A stretch of 64,000 bases of DNA, taken from assembly GCA_042218325.1 (NCBI GenBank), contig JBDGRE010000013.1, positions 13,630 through 77,629 on the forward strand, written 5' to 3'. The stretch's first letter is position 1. Each line of letters opens with the position of its first letter. A program made the translations under genes and the position numbers. The notes beneath the pieces were generated by a model, which was not told the DNA's origin, made no database searches, and saw only the letters and a program-made list of their open reading frames with translations. Shown one piece after another: positions 47,858 to 56,885 of the stretch. Source of the DNA: Candidatus Nanohaloarchaea archaeon (GTDB taxonomy: Archaea; Nanohalarchaeota; Nanosalinia; Nanosalinales; Nanosalinaceae).

Positions 47858-48964
47858 ATGTCAGAGCAGGAACACGTACCGCGTCGCGAATTCGACTCTT
47901 ACCAGGTTCCCGAAGAATGGGAGGCTGAAGAAGAGGAAAAACCAGAAGAAGATCCACAGGATTCTCCGGAAGCCGGGGCCGAAGAGATAGACGAGGAAGC
48001 CGTCGCTGAAGGAGAGGGATACACTGTAGTACAGGAAGAGGCCGAAGAGGGCGACATGGTCCTCACCTGTCCCGAGTGTGGGGCACAGCGTTTCGAGGAG
48101 GACTCTGCTGAAGGACAGCTCGTCTGCGTCGAGTGTGGACTCATCGTCGACGAGAACCGTATCGACGAATCCGCGGAATGGCGCGCCTTCAACCAGGAGG
48201 AGCGCGAGAAGAAGGCCCGTGCCGGACAGCCGCTAACTTATACCAAGCACGACATGGGCGTATCCACGGAGATAGGAAAGGGTTCGGGAGAGCTCTACAA
48301 GGTCTCGGGGAACAAGCGCGCACAGTACTACCGCCTGAGGAAGTGGCACAAGCGCCTTACCAAGTCGAAGGACCGTAACCTCGGGTTCGCCCTCTCGGAA
48401 CTGAACTCGATGGTCTCCAACCTGAACCTTCCTGAATCTGTGCACGAGGAGGTCGCCCGGCTATACGAGAAGGCGGTCGACAAGGGCCTCGTCCGCGGCC
48501 GTTCCATGGAGTCCATCATCTCCGCGCTGCTCTACATCGTCGCGCGGAAGCAGGGAACGCCGAGGACCCTGGACGAGATCTCCGAGGCATCGGGCATCGA
48601 GAAACGCGAGATCGGCCGCGCATACCGTTACGTTGCGAGGGAACTCGGTCTCCGCATCCTGCCCGCCAAGCCGCAGGACTACGTACCGCGGTTCGCTGGA
48701 AAGCTCCAGCTATCCGGAGAAGTCCAGGCCCGGGCGCGCCAGATACTGAAGGAGGCGCGCGAGAAGGACCTGCTCTCCGGTAAAGGCCCGACAGGCCTCG
48801 CCGCAGCCGCGCTCTACATCGCCGCGGTGCTCGAAGGCGAAAAAAGGACGCAGCGCGAAGTCGCTGACGTCGTCGGAGTGACGGAAGTCACCATCCGGAA
48901 CCGCTACAAGGAGCTAGCGGAGAAGCTCGGCCTCGAGGACGAACTCGAGGAGAAGAGTAACTGA
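47858..48964 (+). CDS. tfb: Transcription initiation factor TFB
   Basis: CPECG...CVECG, EWRAF, two cyclin repeats, VTIRNRY. Confidence 0.97.
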   Translation: MSEQEHVPRREFDSYQVPEEWEAEEEEKPEEDPQDSPEAGAEEIDEEAVAEGEGYTVVQEEAEEGDMVLTCPECGAQRFEEDSAEGQLVCVECGLIVDENRIDESAEWRAFNQEEREKKARAGQPLTYTKHDMGVSTEIGKGSGELYKVSGNKRAQYYRLRKWHKRLTKSKDRNLGFALSELNSMVSNLNLPESVHEEVARLYEKAVDKGLVRGRSMESIISALLYIVARKQGTPRTLDEISEASGIEKREIGRAYRYVARELGLRILPAKPQDYVPRFAGKLQLSGEVQARARQILKEAREKDLLSGKGPTGLAAAALYIAAVLEGEKRTQREVADVVGVTEVTIRNRYKELAEKLGLEDELEEKSN

Positions 48965-49103
48965 TTCTGGCCGCTGGCCCGGCTGCATTTCCTCTTATTT
49001 CTCTTATTCTTGTTCCTTCGCTTAAATCGACATTCCTACATCCCGGGTCAGATCCATAGAAAATCCGCAGGGATTTTCTGGTGATGCAGAAACTCTATCG
49101 AGT

Positions 49104-49214
49104 TTCGAATCCGGGTCCTGCCAATTGCATTTCTCCACATTTGATAGGAATGCGGGAACTGCCGAGAAACTTTTCAAGTGGTTGGATTATATTACTGTGC
49201 TATTCTTGCAAATT
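49104..49214 (+). repeat. 111-bp repeat starting with a tRNA T-arm/acceptor-like segment (TTCGAATCCGGGTCCTGCCA)
   Basis: 98/111 ungapped identity to 63890-64000 by manual alignment. Confidence 0.9.
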
Positions 49215-49251
49215 CGATTCGGGTAAAAAGAAGAAAGAGTAAATGTTGATG

Positions 49252-49923
49252 TTAGCTAAAGAAATTGTTCAAAAGGTTTGAGACGATTCCAGGGTTTCTT
49301 TCCTGAGCTTGTTCATTTCCCGGTGTTCCGTTAACCGCTTCTTCAGCATTTTGAGATGACCCTTCTCGTTCAACTTCAGCTTCAGTCTCTGTTTCATTGT
49401 CGTCTGTTCTCTGTTCTACTTCTGCCTCTGTTTCCTGTTCACCAGACTCTCGTTCAACTTCAGCTTCAGTCTCTGTTTCGGCATTCCTTCTTTCGAACTC
49501 TACTTCGCTCTCTGAATCAGCTTCTGAATCTTCTGATTCAAGCTCGGCAACTTCTCTTCTCAGGTCCATCACCATTCCTCGAAGCTCATCGATTCTGTCC
49601 TTGGCTTGTTCAAGGTTCTGAACTTCTATTTGTTCAAGCTCTTCTACTTCTGATTCGTTCTCCTCTTTGCCTTCTGTTTCTGCCGCTTCTGATTCGTTGA
49701 TAGAGAGTACTGTGCTGTTGTCGGTTTTTTCCATCTCTAAATCGTCTTCTGTCTCATTCTCTTCCTGTTCTATGACTTCTTCGGTTTCATTTTCTTCATA
49801 CTCTGCTTCTTCTGTCTCTTCCTCGTCATCCGAGTCGTCTTCTGGAACATCTGAATCATCTTCCTCCGTCTCATTCAAATGTTCATCAGCCATTACAGGA
49901 GCCAATGCCAACATCAAGACCAT
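49252..49923 (-). CDS. Secreted, extremely acidic protein with internal ETEAEVE repeats
   Basis: Signal-peptide-like N-terminus; 32-bp identical repeat at 49364-49395 and 49448-49479. Confidence 0.7.
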   Translation of the reverse strand: MVLMLALAPVMADEHLNETEEDDSDVPEDDSDDEEETEEAEYEENETEEVIEQEENETEDDLEMEKTDNSTVLSINESEAAETEGKEENESEVEELEQIEVQNLEQAKDRIDELRGMVMDLRREVAELESEDSEADSESEVEFERRNAETETEAEVERESGEQETEAEVEQRTDDNETETEAEVEREGSSQNAEEAVNGTPGNEQAQERNPGIVSNLLNNFFS

Positions 49924-49998
49924 TGCAAGTGCTAAAAACTTGCCTTTGCTTGATACCTAAAATTGGAATTAATTCTCTTGTTATAAATAATAACCGAT

Positions 49999-50016
49999 AA
50001 TTCGGGCCCTGCCAAT
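49999..50016 (+). repeat. Short copy of the tRNA-3'-like repeat
   Basis: AATTCGGGCCCTGCCAAT vs AATCCGGGTCCTGCCAAT (16/18). Confidence 0.7.
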
Positions 50017-50052
50017 ATTTATATTTTTTTTAAAGGAAAATGTTAATGATCA

Positions 50053-50518
50053 ATGAAAATATCCAATAATATTTTTTTTGGCATTTGCTCTCTTCTTAGG
50101 CATTTTTCTTGTTATTCAATATCAGGTTTCTAGTCATGATATTAAGATTGTAACAGGTTCGGGAAAAAACACCTCTTCGGTAAATCCGGAACATACCTCT
50201 TCGATAAGTCCTGAAAACCCCCAATCTTCTGTTCTTGAAGTAAATGTGTTGAAGGCATCAGATTACTCGGGTTTTTCAAAAGGGGATGATATCCGTTTAA
50301 AAATTAAGTATTATACTAATCCTCCTCCTTCCCTAAAGTTTCTGTCATCTCTTAATAATTTAACTGAAGGAGATAGAATCCGTGTTTCGAGTCGTAGTGG
50401 AAATTGGACCGGGGAATTTATTTCCTTTGACAAAAGGAATATTGATTCTTTTGACCAAAAGATCAGTCTAGGAAACTCGCCCGACTGGAATCAATCAATA
50501 AGTTTTTTTTTTCAGTAG
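50053..50518 (+). pseudogene. Membrane-anchored hypothetical protein, probably frameshifted near the start
   Basis: ATG at 50053 is out of frame with the 50078 ORF across A/T homopolymers. Confidence 0.45.
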
Positions 50519-50653
50519 ACTAATCTGTATCTCATCAATTAAGAAAAGGTGTTCAGCCGAAGAGAACTCGCAAGTTCATTTTTGGCCGACAATCTGAATT
50601 TATGGGGGGCGGAGACTGTGGTTTTTATTATTTTTTATTTCGGTTGTTGAGTT

Positions 50654-51165
50654 ATTTTTCCGTTTTCGCATTTCTTCACAGGCTATTTGATTGGCTTTCT
50701 CTTGACAACTTTAGGATTAGTAGATTTATCTAGTACAACCGTGGCAGTATTTGGAATTCTATCTCTGCTGCCAGATGCTGACGCCATATGGCACAGCAAA
50801 ATCAAAGAACATCATAAAACGCTATTTCATGCACCGCTATTCTGGATAATTATTTCCACTTTGACTTTATTTGAGAGTACAGAGATGGCAATTATAATTT
50901 CGTCCATCACCTTGACCCATATTTTTACAGACTATATAACCGGCAGAACGGTCGGTATCGCGTTTCTATACCCGATTAAAGATAATGAAGTAAGTCTATA
51001 TCCATTAAATGATGAAACTGCCAGTCTTAATCCTGTGAGTCCACAAAAAGAACTCCTGAACAACATCTATCATTTTACATTGAAAACAAAAAATTGCTGA
51101 TATTTGAAGGGCTTCTCACAATCTCAGGAGCAATCAGTCTAATTATACTAATCCTCCAGCTATGA
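50654..51165 (+). pseudogene. Membrane-bound metal-dependent hydrolase, start lost and 3' frameshift
   Basis: (I)FPFSH...PDAD...HHKTLFHAP...HIFTD; C-terminal TM is in another frame. Confidence 0.65.
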
Positions 51166-51174
51166 CTATTCATG

Positions 51175-51231
51175 GATTCCGGAAACTTCCAATTGCATAT
51201 CTCCACATTTGAAATGGATACGAAAACTCCC
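51175..51231 (+). repeat. Degenerate copy of the tRNA-3'-like repeat
   Basis: CCAATTGCATATCTCCACATTTGA core nearly identical to 49121-49144. Confidence 0.85.
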
Positions 51232-51234
51232 AAA

Positions 51235-51683
51235 TTAGTGTTTGTACTCTTTGAGGTTTACATCTTTATCAGCTGGGCCATAAAGTTCAGGCAGAAGTTC
51301 TCTTAACTTAGTTTCTTCAGTCTCTTCTGTCCCTGCCATGAGAATTGTAATATCATTTTCTTCATTAGGTTGAGCAAATTCGTTCATCAACTGTAGACAC
51401 ATTCCACAAGGTTTGAATCCTGTAGAAGAATCTCTCATCACACATATACCCTTAAATTGATAGTTTCCCTCTGTTACAGCATTTCCAATGGCGTTTCGTT
51501 CTGAACAAGTTACCATCCCAGATATCATGCTCTTGACATTAACCCCTGTATATATTTCCCCCTTCTCGGTTAATACTGCTGTGGATGTCTAAGTACCTCC
51601 TGAAGGTGTAAAGGCATTACCTAAAACTTTTTCGGCTTCGTCAATTAATCTGGACTTTTCATTTTCGATAGGGTCGTTGACAT
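51235..51683 (-). pseudogene. Cytidine deaminase with in-frame TAG and 5' frameshift
   Basis: GEIYTGVNV...CSERNAI...PCGMC...LLP. Confidence 0.8.
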
Positions 51684-51716
51684 ATACTGATAATTAATCC
51701 CTATTATCAATAATTT

Positions 51717-51777
51717 AATCCCGGAAGCTGTCAACTGCATATCTTCTTGATTTCGGTTCAGACATACGTCCTGCCAA
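51717..51777 (+). repeat. Two adjacent degenerate copies of the tRNA-3'-like repeat
   Basis: AATCCCGGAAGCTGTCAACTGCATATCT and CGGTTCAGACATACGTCCTGCCAA. Confidence 0.6.
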
Positions 51778-51844
51778 GTAGTTTGCAATTTTGCCTTCAG
51801 CTCATCATGAAAATAGTTTAATAGCCTCTAACTCGAAATCGGAT

Positions 51845-52102
51845 TTATGCAATTTCTTCCAGATAACTCAAGCCCCGGAATTCTTCAGCTACCTTGTTTT
51901 TAACATGGAAGTTGCCGGTTTCATACACCTCTTCAATAACTTTGCTTGAAGGTATTAGATAGTGTTCTCTTGGTTCTCCTACTACGAGCAGGAAAATGTA
52001 TGCGATGGAAAGATTCTCTCCAGCTCTTCCTCTTCTACTTGCGTGAAAACTCGGATGTTCTAACTTGTCCTCGATTGCCTGAAGCCCTTTACAATTCCCC
52101 AA
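51845..52102 (-). pseudogene. Gene fragment of unknown function
   Basis: Short AT-rich ORF with a protein-like C-terminus only. Confidence 0.3.
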
Positions 52103-52140
52103 TTTTTCCGGTTGAGTTTCCAGTGCTGTAAAAACTTTGT

Positions 52141-52436
52141 CTACTCCAGCCCGTACTCGTCCCAGTCCGAGTCTCTTATCGAGAAGGATATGTCGTAGTG
52201 CTCGGTCCGGGCACTTTCCAGGGCCGCGATCTTAGAGAACACCCGATAGACGAAGTTGTGGTGTTCCTCGTACTGGCCGTCCAGATATACGTCGATTGCG
52301 TTGACCTCGCCGCGCCAATCTATTCGTGCATCCAGGTGTCGACTGCGTCAGGCATGTCCACGTCGAACTCCTCGCCCGCGTAACTTTCCATCAAATCGTT
52401 CGCCTGACTGGCGTTTAGTCATCCCTTTCTTGCCAT
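52141..52436 (-). pseudogene. Decayed acidic hypothetical gene
   Basis: Core-like codons interrupted by TGA, TAG and a frameshift. Confidence 0.4.
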
Positions 52437-52572
52437 AAAGGGAGCGCTGCCGGCCAGGAGAGGTTTTTTGTCTTGCCGGGGTTCGACTTCTTCCAGTTTG
52501 TCGTCTTCATCAGATTCTGCTGAGATAGTTATTACTGTTCAACAGTTCGCATTCAAGAAGTAAAATGGTTCC

Positions 52573-53670
52573 CTACAGCTCCCGGATGATACCCTTGATA
52601 TCTTTTATGGGCGCGTCCGTCCTGAAACCGGTCGGCGAGAAATGCGTCCGTGAAACAGGATAGCCCTTCTCATCGATGGCCTCTATAACGCGGTCGCGTT
52701 TGGGTACCTGTATCTCGAGCAGCGAGCACAGCTCGTGGAGGTCGTAGAACGGCGTCAGTATCTCCGCTTCCTTGTGGACCAGCTCCAGGATTTCGCGTGC
52801 TTCTTCCCAGTCCTCCGGCATCTCGTCCATGATCTCTCCAGTGAACCTTCGATCCGCTATCTTCCCGGTCCAGAGCGGGCCGGCGATCTTTGTCTCGCCT
52901 CCGCATAGAGGGCACTCAGCTTTTCTTTCAAGGGCACGCCATCGGCACTCCGGGCAGAACGACAGGTGGCCGATGTTCTCCGTGTTTTTGTTTGCGCGGC
53001 GCTTCGACTCCGTCACTCTTCCTGTTGCGCGGGAGTAGTGCTGCTCGTGCCAGCACAGTTTTGGGTCGAAGTCCTTGTCGAACCGGGCGAAGTTCCGGAA
53101 AGCCTCCTTGATGTATATCCTCAGCCCGGTCTCGTGCATGAAGCTGTTCTTCAGCGGCGTCGAACCGTACCTCCGTTCACATACCTTCGGGTAGCTTCCA
53201 GCCGGTGCCGCGTTGTCGGTTGCGGTAAAACCTGCGAGGCTCTGGTAGTTTGCTGCTCGTGCCGCAGAGTCGAGGTAGTTCGTGAACGAGCCGAAAGGGT
53301 CGACGTCTATTATATTGAAGTAGTTGCCGTGCTCGGAGAGCAGGACGTTCGCGTCCTTCTCCGTGACCTCTGCCTTTATGCCGTTTTCCCCCAGGCCTCT
53401 CCTGATGCTTTCGACCGCCTCCGGGCTGGTGTCGTTGATGACGACGTTACCGAAATCCGTGTACCGGAAGCCGCGGATGCCTGAAGCTGCGAGCGCGTCG
53501 CAAATCCGCGGCCCGTCGATCTCGGTCTCGTCGAGGAACACTTTCGCCGCGGTGACGGAAAGATCACGGTTCGCCAACATGTCCTTGTTGTAGAAGACCT
53601 CCGACTCCTTGTCGGGCTCCTCTTCTCTCGCGGCGAACAGCGAGAAACCGCGCTCCTCTATCTTATCCAT
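52573..53670 (-). CDS. trm1: tRNA (guanine-26-N2)-dimethyltransferase
   Basis: VFYN...NRDLS...ASGIRG...DVDPFGS...GPLW. Confidence 0.95.
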   Translation of the reverse strand: MDKIEERGFSLFAAREEEPDKESEVFYNKDMLANRDLSVTAAKVFLDETEIDGPRICDALAASGIRGFRYTDFGNVVINDTSPEAVESIRRGLGENGIKAEVTEKDANVLLSEHGNYFNIIDVDPFGSFTNYLDSAARAANYQSLAGFTATDNAAPAGSYPKVCERRYGSTPLKNSFMHETGLRIYIKEAFRNFARFDKDFDPKLCWHEQHYSRATGRVTESKRRANKNTENIGHLSFCPECRWRALERKAECPLCGGETKIAGPLWTGKIADRRFTGEIMDEMPEDWEEAREILELVHKEAEILTPFYDLHELCSLLEIQVPKRDRVIEAIDEKGYPVSRTHFSPTGFRTDAPIKDIKGIIREL

Positions 53671-53773
53671 GGATTGATATGGCCGGGAAAATGTTTTTAA
53701 AGAGGCCTCTGTTTCCGGCGCTGACAGGGTTTATAAACATGTGCTTAACTACTCATTCTCGAGGGATTCTGAG

Positions 53774-54094
53774 ATGGCAGAAGTTGTGAGCGAGGTCAAG
53801 AAGGCGGAAGAAGACGCGGATTCTATCATCCGGGACGCCAGGGAAGAAGCAGAGGACATCATCGAAGAAGCAGAGCAGGAGGCCCGCGAGATAGTGACCG
53901 AGGCCGAGAAGGACGCGCAGCAGCTCAAGTCCGACCGTATCGAGAAAGTCCGTGACAGGATGGACGAGAAACGTGACCGGATAATAGAAGAGGGAGAGCA
54001 GGAGGCGGACAGGATAGCTGACAGGGCATCGGAAAACATGGAAGACGCGGTAGATGTACTTGTAGAACATTTCAGGCAGGAATTCCTTGAGTGA
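53774..54094 (+). CDS. ahaH: A-type ATP synthase subunit H
   Basis: Helical EAE repeats; first gene of the operon. Confidence 0.85.
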   Translation: MAEVVSEVKKAEEDADSIIRDAREEAEDIIEEAEQEAREIVTEAEKDAQQLKSDRIEKVRDRMDEKRDRIIEEGEQEADRIADRASENMEDAVDVLVEHFRQEFLE

Positions 54095-54101
54095 TGACAT
54101 C

Positions 54102-55916
54102 ATGGTCAGGCCAGCAGAGATGACGAAGATATCGGTAACAGGACCCAAGTCCGAGCTCCAGGCAGTGATAGAGGAGCTTCACGGCCTTTCCCTGATGGAC
54201 ATAGAGGAATACGACGGGGAGCTGGAGACCGGCGAACCGTTCGAAGAGGCCGAGGAACTCTCGGAAACGCTGGTCGACGTCCGCTCACTGATCTCAAAGC
54301 TCCCGGGGAGCGAAGAAAAAGCTGAGACGTCTCTCGATGAGATACAGCGGAATATAGACCGGATCCGGGAACAGGTCGAGGAACTTGAGGACCGCGGCCA
54401 GGAGGTCGAGAACGAACTCTCGAGTCTCGAGGACCAGGAAGGTTTCTTCCGGAAGATAGAAGGCTCAGGCGTCAGGGCCGAAGATCTTGAGGGCTCGGAG
54501 ACGCTTGATGTTTACGTGGGTCGTTTCGACCCGGCGGAGCTGGAATCCGGGACCGGCGCGAGCTATGAGGTTTTCGAGGGACGGCAGGCGAATATCGTTT
54601 TCTACCGCGAGGCCGACTCGGAGGACATCGAAACCGCCCTGAGGGAGATAGGCGCCGAGCAGGTCAACCCTGTCGATACAGGTTTCGAGGGGGAACCGGT
54701 CGAGGTGCTCGAAAAGATAGAGGAGAGAAAAGAAGAACTTGGGCAAGAAAAACAGCAGATAGAGGAAGAGCTCCAGGATATAGCCGATGAGTGGCGTTCC
54801 GGGCTCAAAAACGCCGAGGAGTTCCTCACGGAAAAAGTGGAGAAATCCGAGGCACCCATAAAGTTCGCCACCACGAAGAGGACTTTCATCGCGGAGGGAT
54901 GGGTTCCTGCAGAGGAACTTGGACCTCTGCGCAGCCGTCTCGAGGCGGAGACGAGCGGAAAGATACACATACAGGAAGAGGAAGGCGAGAACCCGCCTGT
55001 CAAGCACGACAACCCGGGCCCGGTCAAGCCGTTCGAGTCGCTGACCGATCTCGTCTCCACACCAACATATAACGAACTCGACCCATCGTTCATGATATTC
55101 CTGACCTTCCCTGTCATGTTCGGATTCATGATAGGCGACGCCGGCTACGGTATTACGACACTGGCTGTGTTTTACGCAGGCTACAGGATGTTCCCGGAAG
55201 CGAAACAGATATTCAAGTCGCTGATGTACGCCTCCGTCGCGACCATCGTATTCGGCCTGGCGTTCGGGGACGCGTTCGGATACATGCTGTTCGGATCGCA
55301 CTCGGACCTGGCGCACGTGACAGGTATACACCTGTTCGAGCAGATACCTGTACTGTTCCACCGGGCCGATCACCTTGGACAGGTCTTCAACATCGCGGCC
55401 CTGTTCGGACTGGTACACGTCAACGCAGGATACCTGCTCGGCGGCTACAACGAGTACGTCAACCACGGCCTGAAAGAGGCGTTCCTCGAGAAGGGCAGCT
55501 GGCTGCTGCTCGAAGTCGGCGCGGCGCTCTGGTACTTCGTCGGCATGACAGCAGGTCTGCCGGTGATACTCATCTCCATAGTGACTCTGTACCTCGGAGA
55601 GGGAGTTGAAGGCGTCGTCGAGATACCATCGCTGGTATCGAACGTTCTCTCCTACCTGCGGATATTCGGTGTTTCGGTCGCGGCAGTCGCACTTGCGGGA
55701 GTTGTGAATTCGATGGCGCAGCCACTGTTCGAGATGCACACCCTGCTCGGGACGGTAGCGGGCATCGGTGTTTTAATGATAGGCCATACTTTCAACACGT
55801 TCATCAAAATCATGGAAGGCTTCCTCCAGGGCATCAGGCTCCACTACGTGGAACTTTTCACGAAGTTCTTCGAGGGAGGAGGCCGCAAGTACGCTCCCTT
55901 CGGGGCGCGTAAATGA
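54102..55916 (+). CDS. ahaI: A-type ATP synthase subunit I (a)
   Basis: ELDP...FGFMIGDAGYG...LSYLRI...RLHYVE. Confidence 0.96.
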   Translation: MVRPAEMTKISVTGPKSELQAVIEELHGLSLMDIEEYDGELETGEPFEEAEELSETLVDVRSLISKLPGSEEKAETSLDEIQRNIDRIREQVEELEDRGQEVENELSSLEDQEGFFRKIEGSGVRAEDLEGSETLDVYVGRFDPAELESGTGASYEVFEGRQANIVFYREADSEDIETALREIGAEQVNPVDTGFEGEPVEVLEKIEERKEELGQEKQQIEEELQDIADEWRSGLKNAEEFLTEKVEKSEAPIKFATTKRTFIAEGWVPAEELGPLRSRLEAETSGKIHIQEEEGENPPVKHDNPGPVKPFESLTDLVSTPTYNELDPSFMIFLTFPVMFGFMIGDAGYGITTLAVFYAGYRMFPEAKQIFKSLMYASVATIVFGLAFGDAFGYMLFGSHSDLAHVTGIHLFEQIPVLFHRADHLGQVFNIAALFGLVHVNAGYLLGGYNEYVNHGLKEAFLEKGSWLLLEVGAALWYFVGMTAGLPVILISIVTLYLGEGVEGVVEIPSLVSNVLSYLRIFGVSVAAVALAGVVNSMAQPLFEMHTLLGTVAGIGVLMIGHTFNTFIKIMEGFLQGIRLHYVELFTKFFEGGGRKYAPFGARK

Positions 55917-55938
55917 TACTTTAGGTGAAAATCCACAA

Positions 55939-56184
55939 ATGGCATCACAAGCTACGATCCAGATTCTGACAAGCGGATTGGGTCCTGCACTCGGTGCGGG
56001 CCTCGCGATAGGCATCTCCGCCATCGCGACGGCATACGCCCAGGCAAAGATCGGAGCCGCCGGCATGGGAGCTCTCGCAGAGGACGACTCCCTGTTCGGA
56101 CAGGCACTGATCCTGACAGTAATCCCGGAGACAGCAGTCATCTTCGGCCTGGTAGTCGCGCTGATTGTGACAGGATTCATCTAG
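55939..56184 (+). CDS. ahaK: A-type ATP synthase subunit K (c)
   Basis: Two-TM hairpin with IPET. Confidence 0.96.
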   Translation: MASQATIQILTSGLGPALGAGLAIGISAIATAYAQAKIGAAGMGALAEDDSLFGQALILTVIPETAVIFGLVVALIVTGFI

Positions 56185-56196
56185 GAAAAACCACAA

Positions 56197-56216
56197 GACG
56201 GGCCGCAAGGCCCGTC
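56197..56216 (+). terminator. GC-rich hairpin after ahaK (terminator or mRNA-stabilising stem)
   Basis: GACGGGCC-GCAA-GGCCCGTC perfect 8-bp stem with GNRA loop. Confidence 0.6.
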
Positions 56217-56350
56217 CCACACTTACTCTATTCGATAAAACAGCAAAGGAGGAAAACGATACTATGAAACACAGGGAACAAACCGTAAGTCGCTGGAGTC
56301 CGCTTTGCGGACGGAACGCGGCTTGACATGATCGAACTCTGGTGGAGTTC

Positions 56351-56884
56351 GTGGGACTAGAAGACGTCAAATCCGACATCCTGAACGAGGCGGAACAGGA
56401 GTCGAACCGCATCGTCGAGGAAGCGGAAGAAGAAGCAGAAGAAATCATCGAAGAGGCCGAAGAGGAGGCGGAGAGCATCCGCGAACAGGCCGAAAAAGAG
56501 ATAGAGGAGAAGGAAGAATCGATAAAGAGGAAGGCGCTCTCCAGCGCGCGGATGAAGGCGAAACAGGTAAAGCTGCGGGAAAAGCAGAAACATCTCGACA
56601 CAGCCTTCAGGGACTTCCGCGAAAAGCTTGAAGACCTGGCAGACGATGAAAAAGAGGCCTTCGTGGAGAGCTGCCTCGACCGGGCCAGCTTCGAAGTAGG
56701 AACTGTCAGAGGTGGCGAAGAGTTCAGCGACGCCGTCTCGAAGGACTTCGAGGAGGCCGATATCGACGGTATCATCCTTGAGTCTGAGGACGGCGAGAGG
56801 CGGATGGACTTCACCTTCGACCGCATAGTCGAGGACTACCGTGAAAACCACAGAAGAGAGGTAGCGGAGGCGCTGTTCGAGTAG
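56351..56884 (+). CDS. ahaE: A-type ATP synthase subunit E
   Basis: (V)GLEDV...I...GIILES...DFTF. Confidence 0.92.
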   Translation: MGLEDVKSDILNEAEQESNRIVEEAEEEAEEIIEEAEEEAESIREQAEKEIEEKEESIKRKALSSARMKAKQVKLREKQKHLDTAFRDFREKLEDLADDEKEAFVESCLDRASFEVGTVRGGEEFSDAVSKDFEEADIDGIILESEDGERRMDFTFDRIVEDYRENHRREVAEALFE

Positions 56885-56885
56885 G

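Larger units (their letters stand above)
49040..52140. mobile_element. AT-rich cassette array delimited by tRNA-3'-like repeats
   Basis: GC drop; five degenerate repeat copies between unrelated genes. Confidence 0.65.

Noticed and set aside
49104-51777. Repeats interpreted as a CRISPR array
   Set aside because: Spacing is hundreds of bp and irregular, copies are degenerate, intervals contain genes, and no cas genes are present
54465-55739. Long antisense ORFs (also 37862-38983, 55945-56826, 34039-34860)
   Set aside because: They lie opposite clear core genes and are an expected by-product of biased codon usage
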